A stretch of DNA of 64,000 nucleotides from Gemmatimonadota bacterium (GCA_039584325.1 JBDGYA010000009.1:944-64943), one strand, 5' to 3'; positions 34,801 to 44,674 are shown, numbered from the stretch's first letter. Made by a program: numbers and translations. The notes: generated from the sequence alone by a model not told the origin.

Positions 34801-35772
34801 CGCCCCGGCGGACGAGGAGAACGGACCAAGTGCACCCAGGTAGAACGTCGCTGAGGAGAACAGCGGACCGAGCGCGATGCGCTCGCCAACGGGGGTGAAC
34901 AGGAGGAGCCCCAAGACGCCGAGGACTCCAGCCCACCGAGCCAACCGCCCTCCCACGATGACGAGCAGCACGACCGTCACCGTGGCGAGCACGCCGACGG
35001 TCCGGCCACCGTCCGAGAGGATCTCGAGCTTGCGCGACCCCTGGGATGGCGCAACGGCCTGCACGGAGAAGAGGGTGTCCGGTGCCGTCTCGCCCGCGCC
35101 GACCGCACAGGACGGCAGGCAGTAGTCGAACACGTCGGTACCGCCCGGTGCCTCAGACGGGTCGTAGAACGCGAGCCGGAACCCCGTGTCGTCGGTGAAG
35201 CGCCAGGCCAGCGTCTGCTGCCGATCGGGGACCGCGCTGTCGGCGGCCAGCACCACGTGCCCGACCGCCGTGACCGCCCCGACCTGGCGACGCGCCTCAA
35301 GCACGACGTAGAATGGAGTTATGTGCGCGGACAGCTCCTGCGGGTTCGGCTCGAGGTCGATCCGGTGGCGCCCGGCCCAGATCCACGGCCGGCCGGCAGC
35401 ATCGATAGCGGTCGCGCCGTGCTCGGGACCTCCTGGTGGGAGATTGTCCTGGAGCCGCTCCATGGCAGTCGACCGTGGCAGGTCCACCAGGGCGGCTGCC
35501 GAATCGGCGGTGCTGCGCGCCAGCGCTACAGCCGAGGCGAGAGACGCATCCAGAGCTCTGCTGGCGTCGAGTATCAGCGCCTCCCGGACCTCGGGCCATT
35601 GCCGCTCGACGCTGCGTACACGGAGGGAGACGGAGAGCACGGCGCCGGCGGCGGCTCCGGCCAGCACTGCCGTGAGTATCGGTCCCGGTCGCCTGGAGGA
35701 CAGGGCCGCGAGCGCCGCAACGGCACCCACACCGAGCACCCCGAGCGCCAGCCAGAAGGACGGCTCGCGCAT
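31816..35772 (-). CDS. Very large NtrY-like sensor histidine kinase (~1318 aa: multi-TM N-terminal region, HAMP, PAS, HisKA, HATPase_c)
   Basis: H-box 'VAHEIKNPLTPI'. 'NLVENARDAG', 'DNGSGI' and 'GTGLGLAI' are ATPase boxes. HAMP-like 'LARPVQSLESAAGAV...VNAFERMAQ'. The ORF stays open up to 36540, but that part overlaps the divergent creatininase gene. Start placed at ATG 35772. ATG 35847 is an alternative start. Confidence 0.75.
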   Translation of the reverse strand: MREPSFWLALGVLGVGAVAALAALSSRRPGPILTAVLAGAAAGAVLSVSLRVRSVERQWPEVREALILDASRALDASLASAVALARSTADSAAALVDLPRSTAMERLQDNLPPGGPEHGATAIDAAGRPWIWAGRHRIDLEPNPQELSAHITPFYVVLEARRQVGAVTAVGHVVLAADSAVPDRQQTLAWRFTDDTGFRLAFYDPSEAPGGTDVFDYCLPSCAVGAGETAPDTLFSVQAVAPSQGSRKLEILSDGGRTVGVLATVTVVLLVIVGGRLARWAGVLGVLGLLLFTPVGERIALGPLFSSATFYLGALGPFSSSAGALLLLSVGAAVVALQLSRRPLTATVPGALAAAAIAVAAPWILGRLATGISPPVTAIGIGMWIGWQLTLMMAAAALALLAYLLLGGRHEVPRWLGWLGAALAGVLAAIGLASWRPEAGWPVWYGLLWIPPFWLVIQPASRVRRLIWVAVLAGSASGMLTWGAVVRGRLLLAERDASRLEGGDPVAIGFLERFVSDLLERPPPRTEAQLYSRWRHSPLSQDDYPGVLTVWGAGETRTATLELAQLDLDSVDVRVMARAARATGQPILRSVETLRGVHYIAASPFPDSSVVTVGVAPRSQLIEPVLVARFLRGERRLEAPYAMYLGEPAADEAPDGTGLTWWREGWTLRATDAVELPGGVRHLHASVELHDLSQLLVRGALLLILDVAVLLLVGVLGQVIAGHVPQLPGWPEQARLRSYRNRLAIALGAFFVIPTLGFATWSIGRLRVEAVRGRDLLTQQTLSDAVGAVGTVSSGEGASQALDQLSDQLSADLMLYEDGALRSASAEVLAQLGLLSPFLPPRVHLALAERDVLEITDDASIGGQQTRVGYRVLGRVGRQLQVLAVPRLVEFADIQREQEDLAFGLVLVTLIGVGGAIGLAAFASRSLARPVQSLESAAGAVGRGDPVPPFDTDIPTEFVSVVNAFERMAQDVEASQDALESARRRTATVLSNVATGVVALDDAMRVTIANPAAQALLDTPLFPGAEIRRHTEGAWGPVWDWVRLALAESEPAERQEEFTVDVRRIRAQVAPLQTETRGCVVALDDVTEITQAVRVLAWGEVARQVAHEIKNPLTPIRLGVQHLQRARRQGSADFDATLQRTARQILAEIERLDAIARAFARFGTPPTEAGPLEVIDLAAVARDAAALYALGGGTSVTVRADQAMPARVRKDEVKEVLINLVENARDAGANSVDIVVLKADEGGVRLDVTDNGSGIAGHDLPHVFEPHFSTTTSGTGLGLAICRRLVESWGGNITVMSDVDRGTTVTISMPPLTMEAGE

Positions 35773-35817
35773 CCAGAACGCCAGCAGCGCGGCTTCCGCG
35801 GCAACAGCGAGCTCCCA

Positions 35818-36558
35818 ATGACTGACGCGACTCCGGCCCACGGACATCCCCTTCTGATCAAGCGTATGACCCCGGACGAAGTCCGGGGGCACATCTCCCA
35901 CGACGCGCGTCTGATCGTGCCGGTCGGGACGACCGAGCAGCACGGTCCCCATCTGCCGCTCGGCTGCGACACGCTGATCGTCGAGCGGCTGGCCGACGAC
36001 CTCTCGGCCGAGTTCCAGGTACTGCGCGCACCGACAATAGAATATGGCGTGAATGCCCCGACGGTGAGTCACTTCCCGGGGGCTGCGTCCGTGCACTCCA
36101 AGACGCTGCACCGCTTGCTGAACGACCTCGTTTCGACCTGGGAAGCCGGCGGCGTGACCGAGTTCATCATCCTCACCGCCCACGGGCAGGATCCCCATCA
36201 GGAAGCCCTGAGTACGATCCGCACGAAGGAGGCTCGAATCCGTACCGTGGATATCTTCTCGGTCCCCCTGCCCACTGAGGGGGGCGACCGACCCGTCGTG
36301 CACGGAGGGGAGCTCGACACGTCGCTCATGCTGTTCGTCGATCCATCCCTCGTTCAGGCTGACCTGGCAAGTGACTTCCTGGTCGGACGAGGCGCCGTGC
36401 GCCGCTATCACCGCGGTGCTCGAGCCAGCATCCCCAAGGGAAGCCCCGGATCGGTCGGCCGGCCGACACGCGCCTCCGCCGGAACAGGGGAGGAGCTGTA
36501 CCGGTATATCTACCATCGCATCGCCGCTCGAATCTTCCACACCCCGGTCGACTCATGA
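35818..36558 (+). CDS. Creatininase (creatinine amidohydrolase) family protein
   Basis: 'LIVPVGTTEQHGPHLPLGCD' and 'ILTAHGQD' are family motifs. Confidence 0.8.
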   Translation: MTDATPAHGHPLLIKRMTPDEVRGHISHDARLIVPVGTTEQHGPHLPLGCDTLIVERLADDLSAEFQVLRAPTIEYGVNAPTVSHFPGAASVHSKTLHRLLNDLVSTWEAGGVTEFIILTAHGQDPHQEALSTIRTKEARIRTVDIFSVPLPTEGGDRPVVHGGELDTSLMLFVDPSLVQADLASDFLVGRGAVRRYHRGARASIPKGSPGSVGRPTRASAGTGEELYRYIYHRIAARIFHTPVDS

Positions 36559-37259
36559 ACCGCCCACCGTTCCCCACTCACCCAGCCGCCGCCTGCTGCC
36601 TGGGCCTTCTGCTGGTCACGGTCCCGGCCTCCCTCGGCGCCCAGGCCCAGACCCTTGACCGCGGAGTCTTCCTCGTAATGCGTGGCGACGAGGTTGTGGG
36701 GCGGGAGGAATTCGCAGTCAGGCAGGGCACCACGTCCGCCAGGGTGTCGGGCTTCACTGTGGCGAGCACGGCGCTCTATCCGGCGGACCGACCCGATCGC
36801 ACCCTGGTGAGCGTAGTGGAGATGGGTCCGGACTCGTTCCCGACGGTCGTGCGGTTCGAAGTCGGCAACGGCGAGCTCCTGCGGGTGGCGGTCGGGGTGG
36901 GACCCCGGCGGGTGACGGTCCGCAGAGCGACCGCGACGTCCGAATCCGCCCGAGAGTACCCTGCCAGAGAGCGGCCAATCGTGGTGGACGACTCCGTGTT
37001 CGCTCCGCTGGCGATTCGTCCCCCCTCGGGCCGTCCGGCCCGCAGCCTTACGATGGACGGCACCCTCGGCGAGAGCATCGAGGTCATTGATCGCGGCATG
37101 GAGTCGACCACGGTGGCTGACCGGCGCCTCGCACTCGACCACGTGACGGTCCGATCTGCTGGCGAGTCCGTCGAAGTGTGGTACGACGGCGCGGGGCGGC
37201 TCATGAAGGTCGAGTGGCCGCGCCGTGGGATCCGTGTCGTGCGGGCGCCGGACTCGTAG
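36555..37259 (+). CDS. Hypothetical secreted beta-rich protein
   Basis: Signal peptide 'CCLGLLLVTVPASLGAQAQ'. The ATG overlaps the creatininase stop (ATGA). I recognise no family motif. Confidence 0.5.
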   Translation: MNRPPFPTHPAAACCLGLLLVTVPASLGAQAQTLDRGVFLVMRGDEVVGREEFAVRQGTTSARVSGFTVASTALYPADRPDRTLVSVVEMGPDSFPTVVRFEVGNGELLRVAVGVGPRRVTVRRATATSESAREYPARERPIVVDDSVFAPLAIRPPSGRPARSLTMDGTLGESIEVIDRGMESTTVADRRLALDHVTVRSAGESVEVWYDGAGRLMKVEWPRRGIRVVRAPDS

Positions 37260-37421
37260 TCGGCATAACTCCGTACCACCGGGCAACTTGCACAATTGCT
37301 CCTGGCATCGAGTCCGCCTATGCTGCCTTGGGAGCCTTCCGGACGTCTCGGGTTGAAACCTCTGGGCGGTCCGCCGCGTACGGCAGGTGGGACGTCACTC
37401 TACCAGAACTGCAAGGGCATC

Positions 37422-38912
37422 ATGATGATACGGGGAACTCTGTTGTTTCTCGCTGTGCTCGTCTTCGCGCAGCCCTCCGGTGCACGCGCTCAGGAGCCTT
37501 CCCAGATCCCTGCCTCGCTCACGCTCGCCGAGGCTGTCGACCTGGCCCGGAGGTTCAACCCACTGCTGCGGCAGACCGCCAATGATTTGGTGGGAACGAA
37601 GTGGGGCGTGCGGAACGCGTACGCGTCGTTCGTGCCGAGCATCTCGCTGAACGGGTCCGTCGGGTACAGCGGGTCGGGCTCCCAGACCTTCCTCACAGAG
37701 GAGTTCGTGCAGCAGTCCTCGACCATCGGATCCGGCTACGGCGTCAACCTGTCGCTGCAGCTCTCGGGTCGCTCCCTGATGCAGCCCGCTGTGGCCAACG
37801 CGCGGCATCGCGCCGCGGAGGCGCGCCTGAGCGGCGAGGAGGTGAGCCTCGAGTCCACGGTGCGCGGGCAGTACCTGGCGGTCCTCGAGGCGGAGGCACA
37901 GGTGGAGCTGGCGCAGTTGCAGGTGACCCGCAACGAGGAGTTCCTGCGCCTGGCGCAGGCCCGGTTCGACGTCGGCCAGAACACGCTGCTGGACGTGCGT
38001 CAGGCCGAGGTTGCCCTCGGGCAGTCCGAGGTGCAGCTGCTCCGCCAGGAGCAGGCGGTCATCGTCGAGAAGCTGCGGCTGTTCCAGCTGATCGGGCTTC
38101 CGGCGCCGGAGGATCCCAATGCGGTGACGCTGCCGGACACCTTCGCGATCGGCGAGCCCACGTGGCAGCTGCGCAGCCTGTTGGACGAGGCGGACATGGC
38201 GAATCCCGACCTGACCGCCCTTCGGGCGCAGTCGTCCGCCGCACAAGCGGGAGAGCGGGCAGCCAAGTCCACCTGGCTGCCGACCCTCTCCTTCAGCGCC
38301 GGCTGGTCGGGCTTCACCCAGCAGTTCCGCAACGTGGACCCGCTGGTTCAGAACGCCCAGGCAAGCGCCGCTTCCCAGGTGCAGCAGTGCGAGTTCGTGA
38401 ACCAGTGGCTGGTGAACCCCGGTGGGCCCACCGCCGACTGCAGCAGTCTGGCGTTCATGCCCGACGACGAGGCCGCCATCCGCGAGGGAAACGACGTCTT
38501 CCCGTTCAGCTTCACGAGCCAGCCGTTCTCGGCTCGGCTCACGGTCTCGCTACCGATCTTCACGCAGTTCAGCCGACCCCTCGAGGTCGCCGAGGCCTCG
38601 GCGAGCGCGGACGACGCGCGCGAGGCGGTGCGCGGCACGGAGCTGCAGGTGCGCACCGATGTGAGTCAGGCGTACTACGGCCTACAGGCGGCGTATGAGG
38701 CCATCAGCATTCAGGGGCGCAACCAGGAAGCGGCGGGCGAGCAGCTTCGCCTCGCGACCGAGCGATACCGAGTGGGATCGGGAACGTTCTTCGAGCTGCT
38801 GGACGCCCAGCTCGCCGCACAGCAGGCCGAAGCCGACTACATTAACGCCATCTACGCGTATCACCGCGCAATCGCGACCCTCGAGAATGCAGTGGGACGG
38901 CCGCTGCGTTAG
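37422..38912 (+). CDS. TolC-family outer-membrane efflux protein
   Basis: Signal peptide 'MMIRGTLLFLAVLVFAQPSGARAQ'. 'LTLAEAVDLARRFNPLLRQ' and the duplicated coiled-coil repeats are typical of the OEP family. Confidence 0.85.
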   Translation: MMIRGTLLFLAVLVFAQPSGARAQEPSQIPASLTLAEAVDLARRFNPLLRQTANDLVGTKWGVRNAYASFVPSISLNGSVGYSGSGSQTFLTEEFVQQSSTIGSGYGVNLSLQLSGRSLMQPAVANARHRAAEARLSGEEVSLESTVRGQYLAVLEAEAQVELAQLQVTRNEEFLRLAQARFDVGQNTLLDVRQAEVALGQSEVQLLRQEQAVIVEKLRLFQLIGLPAPEDPNAVTLPDTFAIGEPTWQLRSLLDEADMANPDLTALRAQSSAAQAGERAAKSTWLPTLSFSAGWSGFTQQFRNVDPLVQNAQASAASQVQQCEFVNQWLVNPGGPTADCSSLAFMPDDEAAIREGNDVFPFSFTSQPFSARLTVSLPIFTQFSRPLEVAEASASADDAREAVRGTELQVRTDVSQAYYGLQAAYEAISIQGRNQEAAGEQLRLATERYRVGSGTFFELLDAQLAAQQAEADYINAIYAYHRAIATLENAVGRPLR

Positions 38913-38927
38913 GACACGGCCACGATC

Positions 38928-40181
38928 ATGACACGGCGCAAGAAGATCCTGATCTTCGGTGGCGGCGCGGCCGTCATCGTCATCCTGGTGGCCCTCAATG
39001 CGGCCGGGAACCGCGGCGGGGATGAATCGGTCCGCGTCTCTGCGGTCGACCGCCGCGACCTCGTGGCCACAGTCACGGCGAGCGGCCAGATTGAGCCGCA
39101 GCGGGCCGTCGATATCAGTGCCGATATCACGGGTCGCATCATCGAGATTCCCGTCGAAGAGGGCGACTGGGTAAAGCGGGGCGATCTCGTGCTCCGCATC
39201 GAGCCCTCGCAGTATGAGGCGGGCGTCGCCCGGGCCCGGGCACTGCTCGCTTCGGCCGAGGCGTCGGCACTGCAATCCCGCGCCAATCGGGATCAGGCCC
39301 GGCGCGCGCTCGAGCGCGCCCGGCAGCTCAAGGAGCAGGACCCGAACCTCGTATCGGATGAGCAGCTGGAGCAGGCACAGACGTCCTTCGAGGTCGCGGA
39401 AGCGGTCGCGAGTTCGTCGGACCATCAGGTGGCACAGGCGCGGGCCGGCCTCCAGGAGGCGCTGGAGCAGCTCGCCAAGACCGTGCTCCGGGCGCCGATG
39501 GACGGCGAGGTGACCCGCGTGGCGGTCGAAGAAGGAGAGGTCGCGGTGCCGGGGACGTTTTCCCGGGAAACGGGGCTCCTGATGACAATCTCGGACCTGT
39601 CCATCATCCAGGTCGCCGTTCGCGTCGACGAGACGGACGTGGTGCGGCTGCACATGGAAGACTCGGCCGAGGTGACGATCGACGCCTTCCCGGATTCGAC
39701 GTACACGGGTCGCGTGACCAAGATCTCGAAGAGTGCCGTGCTCGCCGCCGCGGCGCAGGCCGGCGGCACCAATCAGGCGGTGGACTACGACGTGGAGGTG
39801 ACACTCGACAACCCGCCGGTCGGAGTGCGTCCGGACCTCTCGGCAACGGCCAAGATCGTGACGGCCACGCGCGACTCCGCCCTCGCCATCCCCATCATCG
39901 CCCTCACCGTGCGGGAACACGAGGCGATCTCCACCGAGTTGTCCCCGCAGGACACCTCCGCGGGCTCGGAAGAGACCGAAGGCGTGTTCGTGGTCCGTGA
40001 GGGGCTGGCCGAGTTCCGTCCGGTGCGCGTGGGCATCGCCGGCGAGGAGTATTTCGAAGTGATCGAAGGCCTCGTCGAAGGCGATTCGATCGTGGCCGGC
40101 CCCTACCAGACGATTCGGGATCTGCGCGATGGCACGGCCGTCCGAGCACTTCCCGAGCGTAGCCCGCAAGAGACGAGTTGA
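38928..40181 (+). CDS. Periplasmic adaptor (HlyD/MacA-type membrane fusion protein)
   Basis: N-terminal TM, lipoyl-like '[24 protein letters not shown]', coiled coil, and '[18 protein letters not shown]'. Confidence 0.85.
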   Translation: MTRRKKILIFGGGAAVIVILVALNAAGNRGGDESVRVSAVDRRDLVATVTASGQIEPQRAVDISADITGRIIEIPVEEGDWVKRGDLVLRIEPSQYEAGVARARALLASAEASALQSRANRDQARRALERARQLKEQDPNLVSDEQLEQAQTSFEVAEAVASSSDHQVAQARAGLQEALEQLAKTVLRAPMDGEVTRVAVEEGEVAVPGTFSRETGLLMTISDLSIIQVAVRVDETDVVRLHMEDSAEVTIDAFPDSTYTGRVTKISKSAVLAAAAQAGGTNQAVDYDVEVTLDNPPVGVRPDLSATAKIVTATRDSALAIPIIALTVREHEAISTELSPQDTSAGSEETEGVFVVREGLAEFRPVRVGIAGEEYFEVIEGLVEGDSIVAGPYQTIRDLRDGTAVRALPERSPQETS

Positions 40182-40876
40182 TGTCGGACACCATCATTCA
40201 CCTCGCCGGACTCGCTCGCGAGTATCGCATGGACGCGGAGACCGTCCACGCGCTGCGGCGAGTGGACCTCGGGATCGAGCGGAACGAGTCCGTAGCGATC
40301 ATGGGGCCGTCCGGATCGGGCAAGTCGACCCTGATGAACATCGTGGGCTGTCTCGACACCCCGACGGCCGGCGCGTACTGGCTGAACGGCGTCGAGGTGT
40401 CGCGCATGGACGACGACGAGCTGGCCCGCGTGCGCAATCGAGAGATCGGCTTCGTGTTCCAGACGTTTAACTTGCTGCCGAGGGCGAGCGCCCTGCACAA
40501 CGTGGAGCTGCCCCTGATCTACTCGGGGGTCGGCTCGCGCGAGCGGCGCCACAAGGCGACGCGGGCCCTGGAGCGTGTCGGGCTGGCCGACCGCACGCAC
40601 CACAAACCGAACGAGCTGTCTGGGGGCCAGCGACAGCGCGTGGCGATTGCCCGCGCACTCGTGAACGAGCCGAGTATCCTGCTCGCCGACGAGCCCACGG
40701 GAAACCTCGACTCGACCACGAGTGCGGAGATCATGCAGGTCTTCGGCGCGCTGCACGCGCAGGGGCAGACCATCGTCATGGTCACTCACGAGGCCAACAT
40801 CGCCGCCCACGCAAGCCGCGTCATCACCCTACTCGACGGCCTCGTACACAGCGACACCGTGCGGGAAGCTGCCTGA
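40181..40876 (+). CDS. ABC transporter ATP-binding protein (MacB/LolD/FtsE-type)
   Basis: Walker A 'GPSGSGKST', signature '[14 protein letters not shown]' and Walker B '[12 protein letters not shown]'. The ATG overlaps the MacA stop. Confidence 0.9.
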   Translation: MSDTIIHLAGLAREYRMDAETVHALRRVDLGIERNESVAIMGPSGSGKSTLMNIVGCLDTPTAGAYWLNGVEVSRMDDDELARVRNREIGFVFQTFNLLPRASALHNVELPLIYSGVGSRERRHKATRALERVGLADRTHHKPNELSGGQRQRVAIARALVNEPSILLADEPTGNLDSTTSAEIMQVFGALHAQGQTIVMVTHEANIAAHASRVITLLDGLVHSDTVREAA

Positions 40877-40879
40877 TTC

Positions 40880-42121
40880 GTGCCGTTTCGCGAAGCGATC
40901 CGTCTGGCCCTCCGGGTGATCTGGTCTCAGAAGATGAAGTCCAGCTTCTCCGTTATCGGGGTGTTCATCGGCGTCACGTTCCTGATCGCCGTCGTCTCCA
41001 TCCTGCAGGGCATGAACGCGTACATGACGGAGCGCTTCGCCGGCGCCCTACTGGGCGTGAACACGTTCCAGGTACGACGCTACCCGAACTTCCAGGTCGG
41101 GGACATCTCCCGAGAGACGTGGCGGGAGTGGCGCCGCCGGCCACGCATCAGCTACGATGACGCGGATGCGGTTGCCGCAGGGATCTCCGTCCCCGTCCTC
41201 ACGGCGTGGAGCTCCGCCACCAGATCCGACGTGTTCTACGAGGGCCGGGTGGTCAAGGACATCGAGATCGTCGGGGCGGGCGAGCAGTACTTCGATCTCA
41301 AGGGATGGGAGTTCGATCAAGGACGCCCGTTCAGCCCCCAGGAGGCCCGGGCAGGTCAGCCCGTCGTCGTGCTGGGCTACGAACTCGCTGAACGACTGTT
41401 CGAGGGGAGCGACCCGATCGGGCGGGAAGTGAAGGTCCGCAACCTCCCCTACCGGGTCATCGGTGTCGTCGAGTCCCAGGGGAACGTCTTCGGCATCTCC
41501 CTGGACAAGTTCGCCATCGCGCCTGCGCTTTCCCCCGTCAAGCGGATCGTGAACCCACCGCGTGTCGTCGACGAGCTGCTGGTGAAGGCGGAGACAGCCG
41601 CAGACCTGCGCGCGGCGATGCTGGAGGCGGAAGCGACAATGCGCAGCCGGCGGGGGCTTCGACCGGGCGACGAGAACAATTTCACGCTCGAGACGGCCGA
41701 AGCCGTCCTCGACTTCTGGGGCAAGATCAACGCCGTCCTCATGATGGCGCTCCCGGGCCTCGTCACGATCTCGCTGGTGGTGGGCGGCATCGTCATCATG
41801 AACATCATGCTGATGGCAGTGGCTGAGCGCACGCGGGAGATCGGCATTCGCAAGTCGCTCGGCGCCAGACGGCGCGACATCATGCGACAGTTCCTCGTGG
41901 AATCGGCGACGCTCGCCACGGTCGGCGCCGCGATCGGCATCGGAACGGGACTCGCGCTCGCGGGTCTGATACAGGCGACCACCTTCCTGCCGGCCCGAGT
42001 TGCGCCCTGGTCGATCGGGCTCGCGGTGGTGCTCGGAGCGGGTGTGGGGATCACCGCCGGCCTCTACCCGGCGAGTCGCGCGGCGCGGCTCGATCCGGTG
42101 GAGGCGATCCGCCATGAGTGA
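40880..42121 (+). CDS. ABC transporter permease, MacB_PCD + FtsX type (paralog class A)
   Basis: GTG start. 'LIAVVSILQGMNAY', 'VVGGIVIMNIMLMAVAERTREIGIRKSLGARRRD' and C-terminal 'RLDPVEAIRHE'. Confidence 0.85.
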   Translation: MPFREAIRLALRVIWSQKMKSSFSVIGVFIGVTFLIAVVSILQGMNAYMTERFAGALLGVNTFQVRRYPNFQVGDISRETWREWRRRPRISYDDADAVAAGISVPVLTAWSSATRSDVFYEGRVVKDIEIVGAGEQYFDLKGWEFDQGRPFSPQEARAGQPVVVLGYELAERLFEGSDPIGREVKVRNLPYRVIGVVESQGNVFGISLDKFAIAPALSPVKRIVNPPRVVDELLVKAETAADLRAAMLEAEATMRSRRGLRPGDENNFTLETAEAVLDFWGKINAVLMMALPGLVTISLVVGGIVIMNIMLMAVAERTREIGIRKSLGARRRDIMRQFLVESATLATVGAAIGIGTGLALAGLIQATTFLPARVAPWSIGLAVVLGAGVGITAGLYPASRAARLDPVEAIRHE

Positions 42122-42124
42122 GCC

Positions 42125-43360
42125 ATGACCTCGATCTTCGAAGGCGTCGGCATCGCGCTCGAATCGCTCCGCGCCAGCAAGGCGCGGGCGGCGCTCACCA
42201 TTCTCGGCGTGGCCATCGGGGTGATGGTGGTCATGGTCATCGGATCCATGATCACCGGCATCAACCGGGGCGTCGAGGACATCTTCAACCAGCTCGGTCC
42301 ACGCACGTTCTTCGTCTTCCGCTACTTCCAGGCCGGCATCCAGGTCTCCGATGGCTCGGACGAGATGAGCCCCTGGCGCCGGAATCCGCCGCTCACGATC
42401 GCGGAAGCCGAGCGGCTCCGGGAGCTGCCCAGCATCGAGTTCCTCGTCGTCGACGAGGGCACGTCCGCATCCGTGGAATATCAGGAGCAGCAGCTCGAGT
42501 CGGCCGGCATTCGCGGGCGAGGCCCGGACTGGACCCGCGTCGGCGGTGGCGACATCGCGCCGGGACGCTCGTTCACCAACCTCGAGAGCGCCGCCAGCGC
42601 ACGCGTCGTGGTCGTGAACGAAAAACTCGCCGAGGAGATGTTTGGACGGCTCGAGCCGATCGGCAAGCGTCTCAAGATCGCGGGCGTACCGTATGAGGTG
42701 ATCGGCGTCTATATCCCCCCGCCGGACATCTTCGGCGAGGGGAACCGACCCGAGGCCGTGATTCCGCACAACACGTTCGAGAAGTACGTGCCCTACTGGC
42801 GGGGCTGGATGGACTTCCTGGTCTCGCCCAGCACCAACGGCACCGTGCAGGACGCGATCGACGACGTCACCGGTGCCCTGCGGGGCATGCGCGGCCTGCG
42901 TCCCGCCGAGGAGAACACGTTCTCGATCGTCACGCAGGACCGGCTGTTGGACAGCTGGAACCAGGTGACCGGCATGTTCTTTCTCGTGATGATCGCGCTC
43001 TCCAGCGTTGGCCTCATGGTGGGCGGGGTCGGGGTGGTGGCCATCATGATGATCTCGGTCACCGAGCGCACCCGGGAGATCGGCGTACGCAAGGCATTGG
43101 GTGCACGGCGGCGTGAGATCCTGTGGCAGTTCCTGGTCGAGGCAGCCACGCTCACCCTCGTCGGCGGCGCCGTCGGCATGCTGCTCGGCGGCCTGATCAG
43201 CTTCATCATCGCCCGGGTGACACCGCTCCCGGCCGAGGTCCCGGTCGTCTCCGTCGTCGCCGCCCTCGGCATGGCCACGCTGACCGGCGTCGCATTCGGT
43301 CTCTACCCGGCAGCGAAGGCGGCCCGGCTCGATCCGGTCGAGGCGCTGCGGTACGAGTAG
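42125..43360 (+). CDS. ABC transporter permease, MacB_PCD + FtsX type (paralog class B)
   Basis: 'MVGGVGVVAIMMISVTERTREIGVRKALGARRREILWQFLVEAATLTLVGG' and C-terminal 'RLDPVEALRYE'. Confidence 0.85.
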   Translation: MTSIFEGVGIALESLRASKARAALTILGVAIGVMVVMVIGSMITGINRGVEDIFNQLGPRTFFVFRYFQAGIQVSDGSDEMSPWRRNPPLTIAEAERLRELPSIEFLVVDEGTSASVEYQEQQLESAGIRGRGPDWTRVGGGDIAPGRSFTNLESAASARVVVVNEKLAEEMFGRLEPIGKRLKIAGVPYEVIGVYIPPPDIFGEGNRPEAVIPHNTFEKYVPYWRGWMDFLVSPSTNGTVQDAIDDVTGALRGMRGLRPAEENTFSIVTQDRLLDSWNQVTGMFFLVMIALSSVGLMVGGVGVVAIMMISVTERTREIGVRKALGARRREILWQFLVEAATLTLVGGAVGMLLGGLISFIIARVTPLPAEVPVVSVVAALGMATLTGVAFGLYPAAKAARLDPVEALRYE

Positions 43361-43429
43361 GCGGGGTGGCAGGGCGGCGGAGAGACCAACCGCCTCCACT
43401 CTCCGGCCGGCATCCCGTACATTCATCAC

Positions 43430-44674
43430 ATGCCACTGCTCGAGGGCCTCCGCCTCGCCCTGCGCGAGATCGCCGCGCACAAGCTGCGATCGTTCTTCAC
43501 GTTGCTTGGCATCATCGTCTCGGTGGGATTCCTGATAGCGGTCGTCGCCGTGATTCAGGGAATGAACGCCTACGTGCGCGAGAACCTCGCCGGCGCAATC
43601 GTGGGTCGGAACGCGTTTCAGATCCGGCGAATCCCCATCTCGATCGGGTTCATCGACGACGAGGAATGGCGCGAGCTGCAGCGGCGACCGATCATCCGCG
43701 CCGAGGAGGTCGCGTACGTCGAGCGGGCCATCCCCAATGCCGAGGCGATCGCACTCCAGAGCGGCTGGCCGACGCCGCAGACGGACGTCATTTGGCGGAA
43801 CCGGACGGTGGGCGACGTGCTGATCTTCGGTGTTACGGCACCCTATCAGATCGTGCAGGATTACGAGATGGCGGCCGGCGAGGCGCTGAGCGACATCGAC
43901 GTGCTGGAGCGGCGTCGGGTCGCCATTCTCGGCCACGACGTCGCCGACAAGCTGTTCGATGACTTTGACCAGGCCATCGGACGCAAGATCCGGGTCGCGA
44001 ATCAGCAGGTCGAGGTCAAGGGTATCGTGGAACCCAAAGGAACCGTCCTCGGGCAATCCTGGGACGGCTTCGTCATGCTGCCTATCACGTTCTTCGAGTC
44101 CATCTACGGCCGCCGGCAGACGACCGTGATTTCCGTGAAGATGACCGAAGCCGCGCAGGTGGTGCCCGCCATGGCACGGGCGGAAGAAGCCATGCGCGTT
44201 GCGCGCCGACTGCGGCCAGCGCAGGAGAACAACTTCACGGTGGACACCGCGGAGGGCCTGATCACGTTCTGGCAGAATCTCACCCGGATCATCTTCACCG
44301 TGGTTCCCGCCGTCGTCGCGATCGGCGTGGTCGTGGGAGGCATCGTCATCATGAACATCATGCTGATGACGGTGACGGAACGGACGCGGGAGATCGGCAT
44401 CCGCAAGTCCGTGGGAGCCCGCCGCCGTGACGTGCTGCGCCAGTTCCTGCTGGAGTCCATTGCCCTGGCGTCGCTCGGGGGGGCGTTGGGCGTGTTGGCC
44501 GGCTGGGGCCTCGCCCGCACCATCGCGCTCGCGTCACCGCTGCCGAGCCGAGTGACCCCATGGTCGGTGGGGGTGGCGCTCACGCTGGGAACGGTCGTGG
44601 GCCTCGTGTTCGGGGTCTATCCCGCCCGCCGCGCGGCTCGACTCGACCCGATCGAGGCGCTGCGACATGAATAG
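43430..44674 (+). CDS. ABC transporter permease, MacB_PCD + FtsX type (paralog class A')
   Basis: 'LIAVVAVIQGMNAY', 'VVGGIVIMNIMLMTVTERTREIGIRKSVGARRRD' and C-terminal 'RLDPIEALRHE'. Confidence 0.85.
   Translation: MPLLEGLRLALREIAAHKLRSFFTLLGIIVSVGFLIAVVAVIQGMNAYVRENLAGAIVGRNAFQIRRIPISIGFIDDEEWRELQRRPIIRAEEVAYVERAIPNAEAIALQSGWPTPQTDVIWRNRTVGDVLIFGVTAPYQIVQDYEMAAGEALSDIDVLERRRVAILGHDVADKLFDDFDQAIGRKIRVANQQVEVKGIVEPKGTVLGQSWDGFVMLPITFFESIYGRRQTTVISVKMTEAAQVVPAMARAEEAMRVARRLRPAQENNFTVDTAEGLITFWQNLTRIIFTVVPAVVAIGVVVGGIVIMNIMLMTVTERTREIGIRKSVGARRRDVLRQFLLESIALASLGGALGVLAGWGLARTIALASPLPSRVTPWSVGVALTLGTVVGLVFGVYPARRAARLDPIEALRHE

Noticed and set aside
35773-36540. N-terminal 256-codon extension of the giant kinase ORF (31816..36540)
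   Set aside because: The extension is antisense to a creatininase gene with strong family motifs ('VGTTEQHGPHLPLG'), and its own translation has no features. The start was moved to ATG 35772.
37303-37318. Sigma-54-like promoter TGGCAT-N5-CCGCC about 100 nt upstream of the TolC gene
   Set aside because: The GG-N10-GC spacing fits, but the -12 element (CCGC versus TTGC) is weak. No enhancer-binding protein gene is nearby. This is too weak to call.
41048-44056. 1002-aa ORF on the minus strand spanning the permease genes
   Set aside because: It is antisense to four genes with clear FtsX/MacB motifs. Its translation is low-complexity and R/D/H/G-rich with no recognisable domain. This is a typical stop-codon-poor shadow frame in GC-rich DNA.
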